A stretch of DNA of 61,920 nt, the filler included, from Sphacelaria rigidula (lineage: Eukaryota): NCBI GenBank assembly GCA_964200075.2. It is 10 parts of 10 records of this genome, joined end to end, with 100 filler letters (N's around TTAATTAATTAA, not from the genome) between each part and the next. Parts side by side here need not be neighbours in the genome. Positions count along the whole stretch, not along the records: positions 12,405 to 18,506 come from CAXNAA020022210.1; positions 18,607 to 24,708 come from CAXNAA020022211.1; positions 24,809 to 30,910 come from CAXNAA020022212.1; 7 more parts are not named here. One strand, given 5' to 3'. Position 1 is the stretch's first letter. Each line of letters opens with the position of its first letter. Positions 12,405 through 25,267 of the stretch are shown one piece after another. The notes under the pieces are model-generated. The model searched no databases, was not told where the DNA came from, and saw only the letters and a list, made by a program, of their open reading frames with translations. Both the position numbers and the translations under genes were made by a program.

Positions 12405-15400
12405 GCAAGAGAGATATGCCACTTCAACCCCATATTTTGTTTGAACCCCAAAATATACAATCGGCTGTTAATTGCTTCGACGTCCTATCAAAACGAAGGG
12501 GGCGAAGAGGGAGGTACAACAGGAAGCAGAGCTCCTACCTGGGGGAATCCAAAGAGAAAAAACGCCAAGATCAGTATGCGACCAAACGGATGTTGGTCGG
12601 AAGCAGAATCTGAAAATCGGTGAGCCAACGAGATCGAGCGCCAGCCGGAAGGGGATACTAGAGCTGCAGTAGTCGTAGATGGTGGGTGGCTTCAGTAGTT
12701 CTTCGATCGTCGCCCGATGTAGGTGCTCCTGTCGTGGATGTCGTAGAGGAGGGTCGTAGTGAAGAAGGGGGGACAAACAGTCCTGAAGAAGGGAGGGAAA
12801 GTTGCAGCGAAGGAGCGTGATTCAAAGCGGTGCGTGGACGTCGTGGGTGTGGTCGATGTTGCGCTGGAGACCGTGGCGAAGTCTGGACTTGAGGGGCTGA
12901 AGGCACCAGGATCCACGTGGTGCAGATGGGCTGGGGGTGTATAGTGCTGGCCGGAGCTTGTACTGGATAGGTCCAGGGTCATCGATGAAGCGCATGATGT
13001 ATGTGCCCAGAAACCAGGTTGGCGGAGTGGGTCTGACCCAACCACCAGAGGTTGTCGCTGCCTTTGAACCAAAGGTAGCTGCCCTTGGGTAGTATTCGCT
13101 GGTTTGCCAGCCTTAGAAGTCTTGGTGGGTGCAAGTTCGTAAGCATCGGCGACAAAGCGTAGTCCCTGATCGCGGTGAAGTTCGCGGGCTGCTGCACCAC
13201 GACGCATATTGCGATATTTCTTGTTGTGAGCAAGATGTTGATGTTGGCATTGCGTCCAGTTCAGGAGAATTGCACGGCGGTGCGATTGAACGTTGGATTC
13301 GCGTTCCCAAGTCGTTCTCCAAAGACCGTGTCAGTGGGTCTTATACATGATAGTAACTTTGTCACCTCGACCACGGGTTATCTGGTGGCCGGAGATGGTG
13401 GACACGGTCGATCGGAGGGACTGTTCCGTCACGTCGTTGGTGGTGACATGGTAGGGCGGAGACTTGGTCGAGTAGCTGTTGAGAATATACCGTGTGAGTC
13501 CGGCAGGCAGGTACTTAGGCATGTTGCTTGTATCATGCGGGTTCGTGTAGGGTTTGCATCTGTGCACGGAGACGCGGGGTTTGGTGTCCTTGCCCTGGAA
13601 GCCACGAGGCAGGTCGAGATAGAGCAGCTTGACACCAACGGGTTTATCATCCGGTGATGATGACGATGGTCCGGCTGGGAGGATCTTGAATGGTTCTGTC
13701 CACTTGAGGGACAATTTTGTCTTCAAAATTGTTCCGCTGGTTGCCTTGCTGGTGGCTTCGCGGATGGTCGACAAACTGTTGTAGATCCAAACCCAATCAC
13801 CAACTTTCCAATTGGAGCTTTTGTGCATGAGGTTGTAGAGAGCAGTGTTGGATTTCTCCAGGCGCCAGGCGTTGATAGCGTGTTGTTCGCGCACGAGGGT
13901 AGACGCTTTGCGTTGTCGTGAATGCGCTAGCTCGTGATGGGATATCTAATCCTGACCCAAACCTTGATGGCCATCGAACGTGTGTCGCTCAAACACGGAG
14001 ATGGGCAGCCGAGGGTAACCTCCAAGATGGAGTTCGTTCGGAGCAAGGCCTGTGGCGGCGTTAACCGAGTTGTGGTAGGACAACATGATGTGTGAGAGAT
14101 GTATGTCCCCGTCATTTTGGCGGTCATTGACAACCATAGAGAGCATCTGGGCCATGGTGTGATTAAATCTTTCGGTACCACCGTTACTGCTAGGGTGGTG
14201 GGCGCTCGTGGCAACTTCGCGGATGCCCAGGAGCTTGTAACGCTCATCAGAGAGATCTGAGCAAACTTGCTGACCATTGTCTGGAAGGAGTCGTTTCGGG
14301 CAACCGTAGTGCTTATTGTAGTCATGGACTAATATGTCGGCCGTTCCGGTGGCAGTGAAATCTGCAGCGGTTACCGCGTACATGGACGCGTGACGGCTGA
14401 AGCGGTCAGTGAAGAGTAAGATATAGGTGTTGCCGCGACCTGTGGTCGATAGAGGGCCACATTAGTCAGTGGTCAAAGGACACAAGGTGACCTGGCGCGT
14501 TGGGGAGTCCCATAGAGATGAAGGGCCAGCGTACTGTCGGTCGTGAAGTTTTTTGGGCTTGGCATTTGAAGCATCGCCGAATCCAGAAGCGGGTGGAAAT
14601 TTCCATGTTAACCCCCCAGTGGAAGCGTTCCAAGAGCGCTAGGGTACGGGTGACCCCAAGGAGACATGACACGTCTGTGTGACAGCCTTTCATGACCCAG
14701 GGGCGCATTCATAATGGGACATATATGCGCGTTGGTTCGTCATCGAGTAGTCGTGCGTGGCGTCCCGTGGTTGAGACGGAAATTGCGCCCGTCAACGGCG
14801 TGGGACGACGCACAAGTAGTTGTACACCTTCATCCGTAGTAAAAAGGGTGCCTTCACGCACGAGTCCGTATACGTCAGAGATATCTGGTGGGGGCAGTGT
14901 GCCAACCGGGGCCGGAGGGAAGGATGGAAAAGGGACTGGGCTGTCAAGTTGTAAGTGCCGGATGGCTGCGCGACATAAAGGTTCCGCGTCTTGTTCGCGA
15001 GCCCAATCGCGGTGAGAGTAAGTGGCGAGAAACTCACGTGGTTGACATTTCGCTGGCGAGTCGACCAAACATGGTGGGGTAGGCAGCGGAAGAATAGGCG
15101 ACGGCGCAGGAGTGCCGACGTCAATGTCTGCCCCGGGAGCGGTAGATGTTGGTGGCACCGTTATGGGCGACGGGGCTGTATCAGTGCGCAGCGAAGATTG
15201 TCCGCGGCGCGTGGTGCATGTTGCAGGAGTTTTCGCGGAGCGCTGCGTTCTGGTCCGTGGGACCGGTGCTGCGTGGCTCGTGGAAATCGTAGTTGTTATC
15301 GGTAGCGGCGGGGCACTCGGGGGGGTGGTGCGTGCGGCAGACCGAGAGCGCGTGTTGTCGGAGATTAGATGGGTGACCGAAGGTGTCTCCGTGAAGAACT

Positions 15401-18335
15401 TCGCGCGAGTACCGAAAGTGCGGAAATCGACAAAATCAGAGGTAGTGGGCGCTAACCCACCCAAGACGGCGTCATATGGTAGAGGGCGAGGCCCTCCCAT
15501 ATGCATACCGGTTTCTGGGCACTGGAGGTCGAGGGCTTAAACGGGCGTTGAAAAACGTCTAATCGGGTAAATTCCAGCTTCATCGGGTTCCGTTAAATGG
15601 CAAGCCGGGCTGGAATCTGCGGCCGTAGGCAGCAGGGGTAGTCGAGAAAGGAGATCAGCGTTCCCGTTGGTTTTGCCTGGACGGTGCTTAATGGTGTAGT
15701 GGTATGCTGTTGGAAACTCCAACCACCGTGGGAAACGCGGGTTGTGTTCGTCAACCTTGTCAAGTTGTTGGAGTGCTCCATGATCCGTATAGATCCCAAA
15801 GAGCATGTGAAACATATGTTGTCGAAATTGCTTAATGGCCCAGGTGATTATTTCGCCTTCCAGTTCTAGCGGGCTCCAATTGGCCTCATTGGGCAGGGTG
15901 GCGCGGCTGATGTAAAGGATAGGTCGTAGGGAAACATCAACCTGAGGTTGATTCAAAACTCCTCCAAATACGTTTGTGCTGGCGTCAGTGGAGTTGGACA
16001 AGGCTAGAGCCATCTTGTACTACTTCCCAATCAGGAAAGCAGGGTACCGGCTGTTCGATAAGCGTTTTTAGCAATTCGCGGGTGATATTCTCCATATCGG
16101 TTGTGAAGGTAAACACGGCTCCTTTCTTGCGTAACTCGGTAAGGGGGCGAATCCGTTTAGATAAGCTTGGCAAACTTTTACGGTTACGATTACGGTTAGG
16201 ATAGTCCGCTCAACGATGAGCGAAGTTGAAAAATGTTAGTTGGCATCGGCAAGTCAGTAATCGCCTTGACTTTGTTTCTATCCGGATGTAGTCCTGCTGG
16301 CGGAATGGAATGCCCCAGGAAGCCAAGTCAGTCGCACCAAGGCGAGATTTTGATGAAGACAGTTTCAAATCGTGTGTTCGTAGGCGAGAGAAAATTTCTC
16401 GTAGAGTGCGGATATGTGCAATAGGTGAGGCATCGAAAGCGATAGCGTCATCTTGGTACATGATGATGTTCTCGAGTCCCTCGGTGACGCGTTGCATTAG
16501 GCGTTGAAAGCATCCCGGGGCAGTGGCAGCGCCTTGTGACAGTCGAAGTCACTCGTAGAGCCCGAACGAGGTACTAAAGGCCGTTAGTGGGACTGTGTCA
16601 GGGTGAATATCATTCTGAAAAATCCAGAAGCGAGGTCGAAGGTGCTGAACATTCCTCCTTCGCCAAAGGAGTCGAAGAATTCATCAAAGCGGGGAAATGG
16701 AAGTATACCGACCACAGTGACGCAATTCAACCGTTAGCAATTCACGGTCATGCGTATGTTTCCACCCTTTTTGGGAACGATCACAAGTGGCGAGATCCAA
16801 GGAGAGGAGGAATGTTGTATTAACCTCGCTCCCAAGTATACATCCAAGATGGCGTAAACCTTCTTGGTAAGGATTGGGCTTGTCCGGTATGGTCAAACAC
16901 AGTTGAAGTAGTGCGCAGCAGGGGCAACGCAGAGGGCATATTCCGAAGAGAGCTACACACCAAAGGGCACTTGTTTTGAGTTCCGTGTGCTCCACGTGAG
17001 CAGGTAGAGTAGGTCTGGACTTTATCAATGCGGCGTGTCAATTAGGGCGTAGTTGTGGAAATCGCTAAAATAACTGAGTTGTGGGGGAGAATAACCAGCG
17101 GCTGGTAGGTTGGAATGTCACAGGCGCGTATTGTCGCGAATGGAACGTGTCTCGGAACAAAGGATTCTGTTTTTGGCCGAGAGCAGTTCAGTGATAAAAT
17201 TTCACAGCTGTTTAGGCTGTGTATTGCTAACTATCGGGGTGATGTACAGCGCCACTTTACGGATGTGCGAAGCACACCAGAAGAGAACAACAACAAATTA
17301 GCTACCAGTGACGTATATTGCGACGCAGCGAAAGTGCCAGAACGGGTACGAATCTCGTGTACAGATGTCCGTGGTCACCCGGTGGGGAAGAACGGGTTGT
17401 GTTACGATATGGCCCGTGAAAAAAGATGCGAGGGACCGTATACAATCGATGCTGAAATATGAAAACGGCAGAGTTGCTGACTTGGCAAAGGGCTGAGGTC
17501 AGGAACAGCAGCAGACCGTGAGCAACGATGCATCCTGTGCAGCGTTCTTGAAACAAAACTGTAGTAGAAAACGTGTCCTATCAGAAAAGAGGGAGCAACA
17601 AGGTCAAGTACGCGAGCCAGCGATGGCTGGGCGTGTGACCGTGGTGTACTGAACGACCAGGGATGGTTGCGTTGTGCAGGTAGCACGCACGTGAAGTGCG
17701 AAGTGCAGGTGTGTATTTTGCTAAATACACAGCAACATGGCAAAGCGGGGTTGGCATGTCGATGCGCGTTGACCTAGCGTGGCACAAGGCGTGCAGTCAA
17801 ACGCTTCAGCGAGCAGCGAGCAGCAAGGGTTACGAGTCGCGAGCACAACGTACGGTGTAACACAAAGAGGAAAGTTTCGCAGTAGCTCAGGACTGACTAT
17901 CCAGCAGGTTGGGAGACAGCTGAATAGATTTGCCTACCTGAATCCAAGACCGAGGAGAGAATAATCGTGAACATTAAGCCACGCGCACGTGACTCGACAA
18001 GCAGAGATATAGTCGGTGTTGAGAAGGGAAACCCAATCGCGAAAGGAGAGACTCCTTAGTCAAACGCCAAACGTGACGGGGTTACGGCGCTGTATATGGC
18101 GAGCAAGGCTCACTAGGCAGGGCAAGGGGACAGTCAACAGACCGTACGGCCAAAACACAAGGTACTGTTCAGTGTATACTCACACTGTATACCAGCCTCG
18201 CACAGATATAACAGCGGATCCTGAAAAACGCGGTCGATCTCAACAATGAGATTCAAGTGGCATATCGTTTTTGCAGGGATGACGCGAAACAGTTACACAG
18301 AGCGACACCATCCTTCCCCCCAAAACTCTGCAGCA
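12405..18335 (-). mobile_element. Decayed Ty3/Gypsy (chromodomain-bearing) LTR retrotransposon: leader, pol and candidate LTR ends
   Basis: pol domains in RT-RNaseH-integrase order; leader 16965-18200 homologous to 59090-60200; mutually inverted AACAGC.GAT termini at 12469 and 18210. Confidence 0.92.
12822..16895 (-). pseudogene. pol: Gypsy pol pseudogene: RT, RNase H, integrase, chromodomain, Tudor-like tail
   Basis: RT: SSSPWISPLVIVPKKGG, FDLASGF, IMYQDD. RNase H: TDAS, LELE, YTDH, NADLLSR. Integrase: H2C2-like ...IRRCFKCQ, HHPSSNGGTERFNHTM, KWTEPFKI. Many stops and frameshifts. Confidence 0.95.
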
Positions 18336-18506
18336 AACAGCCGATTTTCGAAAATGGGGTTGAGAAACAAAATGAGGTTCAACTCAAAAGTCGTGCTTTC
18401 CCTGACCTAAATTCAAGACAAATGGCTTTCTAATGGACCTCCCCATCCCTCCCGACCTCCTTGCAACTATTTCGAGGGATTTTTAGCCTTTCGTCCCCCC
18501 CAAGGG
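18336..18506 (+). mobile_element. Left end of another AACA-type element inserted into the candidate LTR
   Basis: AACAGCCGATTTTCGAAAATGGGGTTGA...AAAATGAGGTTCAAC begins exactly where homology to 57009-57135 stops. Confidence 0.6.
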
Positions 18507-18786
18507 NNNNNNNNNNNNNNNNNNNNNNNNNNNNNNNNNNNNNNNNNNNNTTAATTAATTAANNNNNNNNNNNNNNNNNNNNNNNNNNNNNNNNNNNNNN
18601 NNNNNNCCCCCCCCCCCCCCCCCGCCCGGCGCGCGCCCCCGCCTGCGCCTGGTCCTCGTCATCCTCCATATCGATTTCATCAAGCTTGACGGGAATATAT
18701 ATCTGATGCACCTTCCGCTCGCCCACCCGCCCGCCCGCCCACCCGCCGCGCACCTTGACTCCTGTCTGATGACATATGCCGAGCAG

Positions 18787-21700
18787 CAAACGGCCACTGA
18801 TGCATCAGCTGGAGAATCCAAGGATAACAGCAGCGATGCCGATTCGCCCGCCGAGGAATCAAAAATGGAAGTCGACGGTGACGGAGCTGCAGCCGCTGCA
18901 ACGGCGGCGGGGGCTGCTGCCGCGGCGCTCTTGGATGGCGGAGCGTCAAACACCGACGGCAACGGCAGCAGCAGCGGCGGCGGCGGCGGCGGCGGCGGTG
19001 GCAGTGTAGGAGGTGGCTCGGGACTTGCCGGGGCAGCTGCAGCAGCGGGGCTGGCTTCGGATAAGTACGAGTGGGTCAACATCCCGGCGCCGGTTGTACA
19101 GCACGAGAGGTTGCGATTGCTGTGCTCGGTGCTTAGGTTGGAGTCGTGCAGCGATAGCTCTTTCCAGGTTTGTGTAAATGGGGCAGCGAGGGAACGAGGG
19201 GCACTTGGCGTAGCTTTTGTTGTCGGCTGCTGATGTGATGGTGTTGGTGGGATTGGTTGCATGCATAGTATGGATGCTGCGGACTTGTTGAGGGTCATGC
19301 AGTCTGACTCTCAAAAAAAAAGAAGGAATTGTTAAAGGGCAAACCTCATGCGGGGTTCGAGAGTTGGGACACAAACTTTTACACTGTTTCTAAAGGTAAG
19401 CCTGAGGTCGCCTTTCTCGAGGTGATCGAACGGTGTTGCGTTCGCGCGTAGTTGTGGGCGTTACTGCTTTTCACTTACGGGAAGGCATGATCTAGGCTGT
19501 CGTGCGACTTCCGATGTAAAGCATGAAGTACCACACAAAAGAAAAAGCGTCGTTTCGGGCACCGTGAAGCAGTCGCCTTCAGAGCGCCCTGCCCAGAGGC
19601 GATGAGACTCCCCAGACGACTATCTAGGATAAAGTCTGGGAAAGGGGAAACACAGTCGATGATGTCCTCTCCCGTGTGTGCGTCTACACGTGTGTGTATG
19701 TGGGTTCTTGTCGTTAAGCCCTACATGATGGTCCAACTTGGAAGCAAAATGACGTATTGTTGGTGTGGCCGTTTGTTGTATCTTGGAAACCCCCTCAGCG
19801 CGTCGGGAACGTGGTGAACAATCTGTCCAAGGTCAAGGAAAATCGGCTCACTCTGCTGCAAGAACTGGTGTCCGTGGCTCGCTCTCTGGGCTCTGTGAGC
19901 ACAAAAGATCTGCAATCGCTGGGTCAACAGCTGGAGGTGGTGAAAACGGAGGCTGTGGCCAGGGTGCGTGCGTTCAGAGTCAAGTGGGAAATTTCTAGAC
20001 TCGTTTTGTAAGACCCGAGTCTTGTATGCCTACCAGCCTGTGTTCGCTCGTGTGGCAATTGTACGCCGTTACTATAGTGACTATTGCTTTCATCTCTAGC
20101 GTATGATTGATGCCACTCGGTTCTGACTTTTTTTTTCATGCACAGGTACACGCGATTCGTTTGTGAGTTCTCCCGTTGTGAAAAGTCCTTGTCCCTGTAT
20201 GTGATGTGATGACTACTTCATCTTGAACGGCAAATCGAATCGGGGGTAGACGGTGGATGGCGAGTGCTTGCGGGGTGGTATTGGACCGATTATGCTGATA
20301 GTTCTGACAGGTCTTCATCCGTTTCTCATTCTCTCACCATTTTTCGATAGCTGCAATTGCTCCTGTTGCTATGACTGTAGCTTTTCGTCCACCCCTTGTC
20401 TGCGAAGAATATTCGTTTTCCAGTGACTGCCGTGTATGCTAATGCGAATCTTCTGTGAATTGATTTCAATGCAACACTTGAACGCTTTTGCGAGTATCAA
20501 TCTCCAAAAGCTTGGCCATTGTCAAGGTTCAACCGGGCAACCTCTTCACTTCCTCTGTTTTGTTTTTTCCTTCATTATGTCAACGCTCCCAAGCCTTTTT
20601 TGTGACCCAATTGTCGCTGGTCTCGGAATGGTTCAGGCGGCGCAGTTGAAGGAGGAAGACCCGATTGGCTCGGCTGGCAAGGGAGCAGGAGCGGGAGCGG
20701 GCAAGAAGGGCAAGGTGCGTTGTACTGTACGTTTTTATTGTCAGGTTCTCGTCTCGTTTATTGTAGTACGTGGACTAGTGCATGTTGTCCGTGTCTCATG
20801 CCCATGTCGGAAGTGTACGCCACTTCGTGCATCTTGAAGCGCAAAAGCGTTTGTCTTGATGGTTGTGGGATAAATCAATCGCCCTCGATGGGATGGACTG
20901 AAAGGAGGGAACTTAGACCGCAGGTTGCATGTTGCACCAATACTTTCGGGTTCAAGAATGCTGCGCCGTTCACACATCGAGTTATCATCATTCACCCACG
21001 CCTTGCAACATTATAACTCCGGCATGGATTCATGGCCATGAAGTACCTGCGAAGAGAGGGGGAGTTCCCGTTAATGATGCTTGACCTTTATCGCTCTAGG
21101 TTATGGACTGCGTGACAGATTCATTCCATCGTTTTAGTTCTGTCGATGCACTACCTTCTTACCTCCAGGGTAAAGCACCCGCGGAAAGACGGAACAGGGC
21201 GGGGGGCGGCGCTCGCGGAGGCGGAGGCGGAGGCGGAGGCGGTGGCAGAGGCGGTAGCAGGGGCGGCGGTGGGAGCGGAGGCGCACGATCGATGCGAGTA
21301 GGGTTGCCACCCATTGTGGTGAATTTGAACTCCTCCACCAGCGAACTTAAACTGCTGCGAGTGCTTCAGACTTTGGTCACGCTCTCCGGCAAAGACGCGG
21401 GTAAGATGGTCATCAGTGTGTTGTTGTTTTTCCCCTGTGCATGTATCGTACGCAGACGCGGACTGGACACCCTTGCTTGCTTTGTAATAAATGTCACCTT
21501 TGACTATCTTTTGTCGCGGTTACTTCGCTGTGCGGAGGGTGCTATCGTGTGGTGTGTTGTAGTAAGTTTTCCGGTGTTATGTGCACCTCTGGATATGACA
21601 TGTCGATCACTTGCACGCCACGCTGCTTTACGTGTAAATCCTACTTCGTAAATTTGAGAAGAATCGAACTTCGACGGGCGGACCCCCCCCCCCCCCTTCC

Positions 21701-24464
21701 CTCCTCGCCTTGCCCTTGGTTCGTGTCCCGCGCAACCTGGCCGTTTAATTGATCCAGAAATGCTCGAGAATCTGTTGCGCAATTTGGAGCTAGACGGGCT
21801 GTGGGATTCGCTCTCGTCGTGCCTTACAGTGGTCTCTGTCCTCGAGGTGACTTGCGGGATAATTTTGAGTCAACATTAACCGAAATGATATTTGAGCTGG
21901 CGTTCGAAACGATTTTTTGTGATCGAATAAGTTCATATCATGTCGTCACGGTGACGCAGGCTGTTCTTGGGTGCAGTAATAGTGATGATTGGTTTCATGT
22001 AGGCTGAGGTACACGGTATGAACCCAACAACCTGTATCTTGTGAACGTCCTCGGGTTGCGATGCGGACGATCCCTTTTGTTTTGCCGCAAGTCCTGGCGC
22101 TGACTAGATTGACTTGGCTTGACTCAACTGCCGTTTACGCCGTTATAAGTTCTGTGGATCGTGTTGTATATCTTCATCCGTTTCTCTAACGCTACCCTAA
22201 ATGTGGTTTGCTCGGGAAAAAACAAATGTGGCGTCGGTGACTGTTGTACCCGTGAACTGTATTGTCAGGGCGTCGCGGACGAAGATGACGTAATTGACGA
22301 AGGTGCCCTTAGCGGAGGCTTGGCTGCCGACGACAGCGGTGGCTCATCGGGGGGCGGACGCGGCGTGCGGCGGCATGGCGCTGGCGCTGGTGCCGACGGG
22401 GTGGACGCGGGTGAGTTTTTTCGTACCCTGCACCAGCCAAAGCTATTTTTGTCTCCTCAACAGGACACGCCGCACTGTAGATGCCCACCTGCCAGTGACC
22501 CCTGCTCTCTCCTTCGCTTCCTCTCTTTCGCTATACATCTCTCTCTCTATATATGCTGCACTTAGCTCGATGAGTATTGTCCTGCGTTGGATGTTGTTGT
22601 GATCACTGTGCTCGTTACGAAGTATGTACGCACGGAAGGGTTTTGTGGGTCTTGCTTGGGCGAGCGGCTCCGGTATCAAGGCCCCAGAGCTCGAGTCCTC
22701 AACTTTTGGACTGCCAAGTGCTGTAAACGATTTTTCAGTGAGTCCCTATGTCCCGATCAAGTATTGACGTTTTTTTCACAAACTTGAATGTAAGCATGCT
22801 CGTGTAGTGAAAATCCCCCAAGCTTTTCACTCCGCAAGAGTCCTTCGGCTGTCAGAGGGTTGATGACGCCAACTTATTCGGGTTTTGCTTTCATCGTGCT
22901 GCTTTGTTGTGCGATGCTACCGGCATATTCTTCCGATATCTCACCGATCCTCGATCTATCCGCCCTTCGTCCTGCCGTCATTCGTGGACATTTTTGTGAT
23001 GTTCCAATCACTTAGGCGCTCAAGGCGCTGGAGCCCAATCGGCGAAACGCACGAGCGCGATGGCGGGATTAGTGGCTAGGTTTTTGCCGATTGTGGAGGC
23101 ATTCTTTGTGGCCAACGCTAGGGATCCCAAGGGAGCCGACAAGCTGGTGGAAGAAGAGGTGCGGATGGTGTGATATGTGGATTTTAGATTTTGCACCTGG
23201 CCCCAACCGCAGTCGGCATCGCCAACTTTGAATCCTGACCGTAGGCACTCATCTCTGGGCCTGGAGCGTATCTGCCCGTGTGTTGCTGGGTGGCTGTTGT
23301 GTACTATACGTGTGAAGGAGGTATTGCCCCAATCTGAATGCCACTGTGCCAACAATTTTTTGTCGAGTTGTAGCCTTCCGTACACGAGGTCGTACGAACG
23401 CACGCACACTGAGTTTATTTCAGTATCCCCACTGGCGCGCGCTCACCACGACCTCCCTTCCCCTCACGGTGTCACAGGATTTCTCAGAAGAACCTGAGGT
23501 AGCCGAGGAAGGCGACGAAGAGCAACAAGACGATCAAGAAGCTCCCGCAGAATCATCGACACCAGCACCGGCGCCAGCGTCCTCAGATGCTCCAGCACCG
23601 CCGGCGCCGGCGCCGTCCGAAGCGGGGGGAGCCACGGGCGCTGTCTCTTCCACTTCGGCGCTTTCATCGCCTCCCGACACTGCGGCAGCACGCACGGAGG
23701 CGCCGGCCCCGGCGGATAACGACCGCACTGATATGGAGGTGAGCGCGCCTGGGGCTGAAGGGCAAGATGCAGGCGCAGCCGCTGAGGCGACGACAACATC
23801 GGCGGCCGCCGAGGGCGAAAGTAAGACGGAGGATGGGGAAGGTGGGGGTGAAGGTGGTAGTGCGGCTGCGGCCGCGGCGTCGGGGTCGGGGTCGGGGTCG
23901 GGATCGGGATCGGGATCATCGAGATCGGGCAGGGTGTTTTCGCGCAGGGAGAGCCTGCAGCGGATGACGACCATGCCCGGAGCGGTGAGTGAGGGAGGGT
24001 ATATGCTGAGTCATTGGGCTCGGGTATAGCGGGTGTCGGCTTGACTGCCTGGCAAGTGTGTGCACAGTGGGTTTCGAGCGCTGTGCTGTGCTGGCCACCT
24101 TGACAGTATTGTCTACGTTTTGATGCCAAGACGAGATGATGCTTGTCTCGTCAAAATGTTCTGCCCGCTGCGGTCGTCTATCACTCGGGATCCTACCTCC
24201 ACCTGTTGGTGCTGATGGTCATTTTACCGCTGTCAATTGCGTGTTTTGCTGCTTTCTGTTGTCGTTTTCCTTCACAATATGCTTCTGCTGCTGCTGCTGC
24301 TGCTGGTGCTGCTGTGTGCGTGGGTGTTCCTATCCTCTGGATCATGGCGCTCTGTTACTTTTCTGCAACCGCATTCGTCAGCGCTTCCGCAAGAACGTGC
24401 CGCGAAACATGAGACCCTTAGCGGAGGCGGAGGCGGACAAAGAGGCAACGCCGGAGAGTCAGAG
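18787..24464 (+). CDS. HUWE1: HUWE1/UPL1/Tom1-type HECT E3 ubiquitin ligase, internal exons upstream of the HECT domain
   Basis: Nine phase-consistent GT-AG exons: ~18787-19167, 19799-19963, 20637-20714, 21169-21400, 21758-21846, 22269-22410, 23016-23158, 23478-23984, 24382-24464. Motifs LRLLCSVLRLESCS, SELKLLRVLQTL, LDGLWDSLSSCL, FLPIVEAFFV. Confidence 0.88.
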
Positions 24465-25267
24465 GTGCGAAAAACAGACACGAAAAAGCAGCAGCGAACC
24501 TTTGAAGACGCCACACAGAAACCAGTTGTTTATTCGCTGAAGCGTGTTGATTTCAAGGGTCCTGCCAACAACCACAAGTGTGCGGGAAGAAAAAAAGCGG
24601 AACTAGCTTGATTTTTGTAGCAAGTTGTTCCCATCTGTTGACTAATGCCGAGATAGCCCCCCCACAAAAAGTGCACCGGCACCATCCAACGAACCGGCTG
24701 CGATCCCANNNNNNNNNNNNNNNNNNNNNNNNNNNNNNNNNNNNNNNNNNNNTTAATTAATTAANNNNNNNNNNNNNNNNNNNNNNNNNNNNNNNNNNNN
24801 NNNNNNNNTGAGCTCTCTCAAACCGTGTACACCCTTGCGCGTGACTGCCGCCCTCCTTGAAGTCGCTGGTCTGTTCGCGTGCTGTTTTACCGTCTCGGTA
24901 TTACTTGTTTCTCACCCTAGCTTGCTAGATTAGAACGGCGCATGATTTTTCATTATATATATGCTCCTTTCCCATCATAACAAAGGAAAAGAAAAAGAGA
25001 AAATTGGAAGCGCGATGCAAAGCAGAGCAATCCATAGAGTACATATATAGGGACAATCCCGGATACCTCCTGAACGATGGCAGTTGCAGAATTTCCCCGT
25101 TAACTTACACATGTAAGGATCGATCCGGTTGCAGAGAACATGAGCAATATCGTGTGTTTCGTTTATTGCTTGTATCCGAGCAATAATCCTCCTCGATGTA
25201 GTTCGTCCCTCGCGACTAGAAAAAGCAAAAACACACAAAAAATGTTGAAAACAATAATGAAGGTTTG

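Noticed and set aside
18625..18765. Minus-strand coding-like stretch IYIPVKLDEIDMEDDED inside the HUWE1 intron
   Set aside because: Short, at a poly-C contig edge, overlaps the plus-strand acceptor region, and has no recognisable homology.
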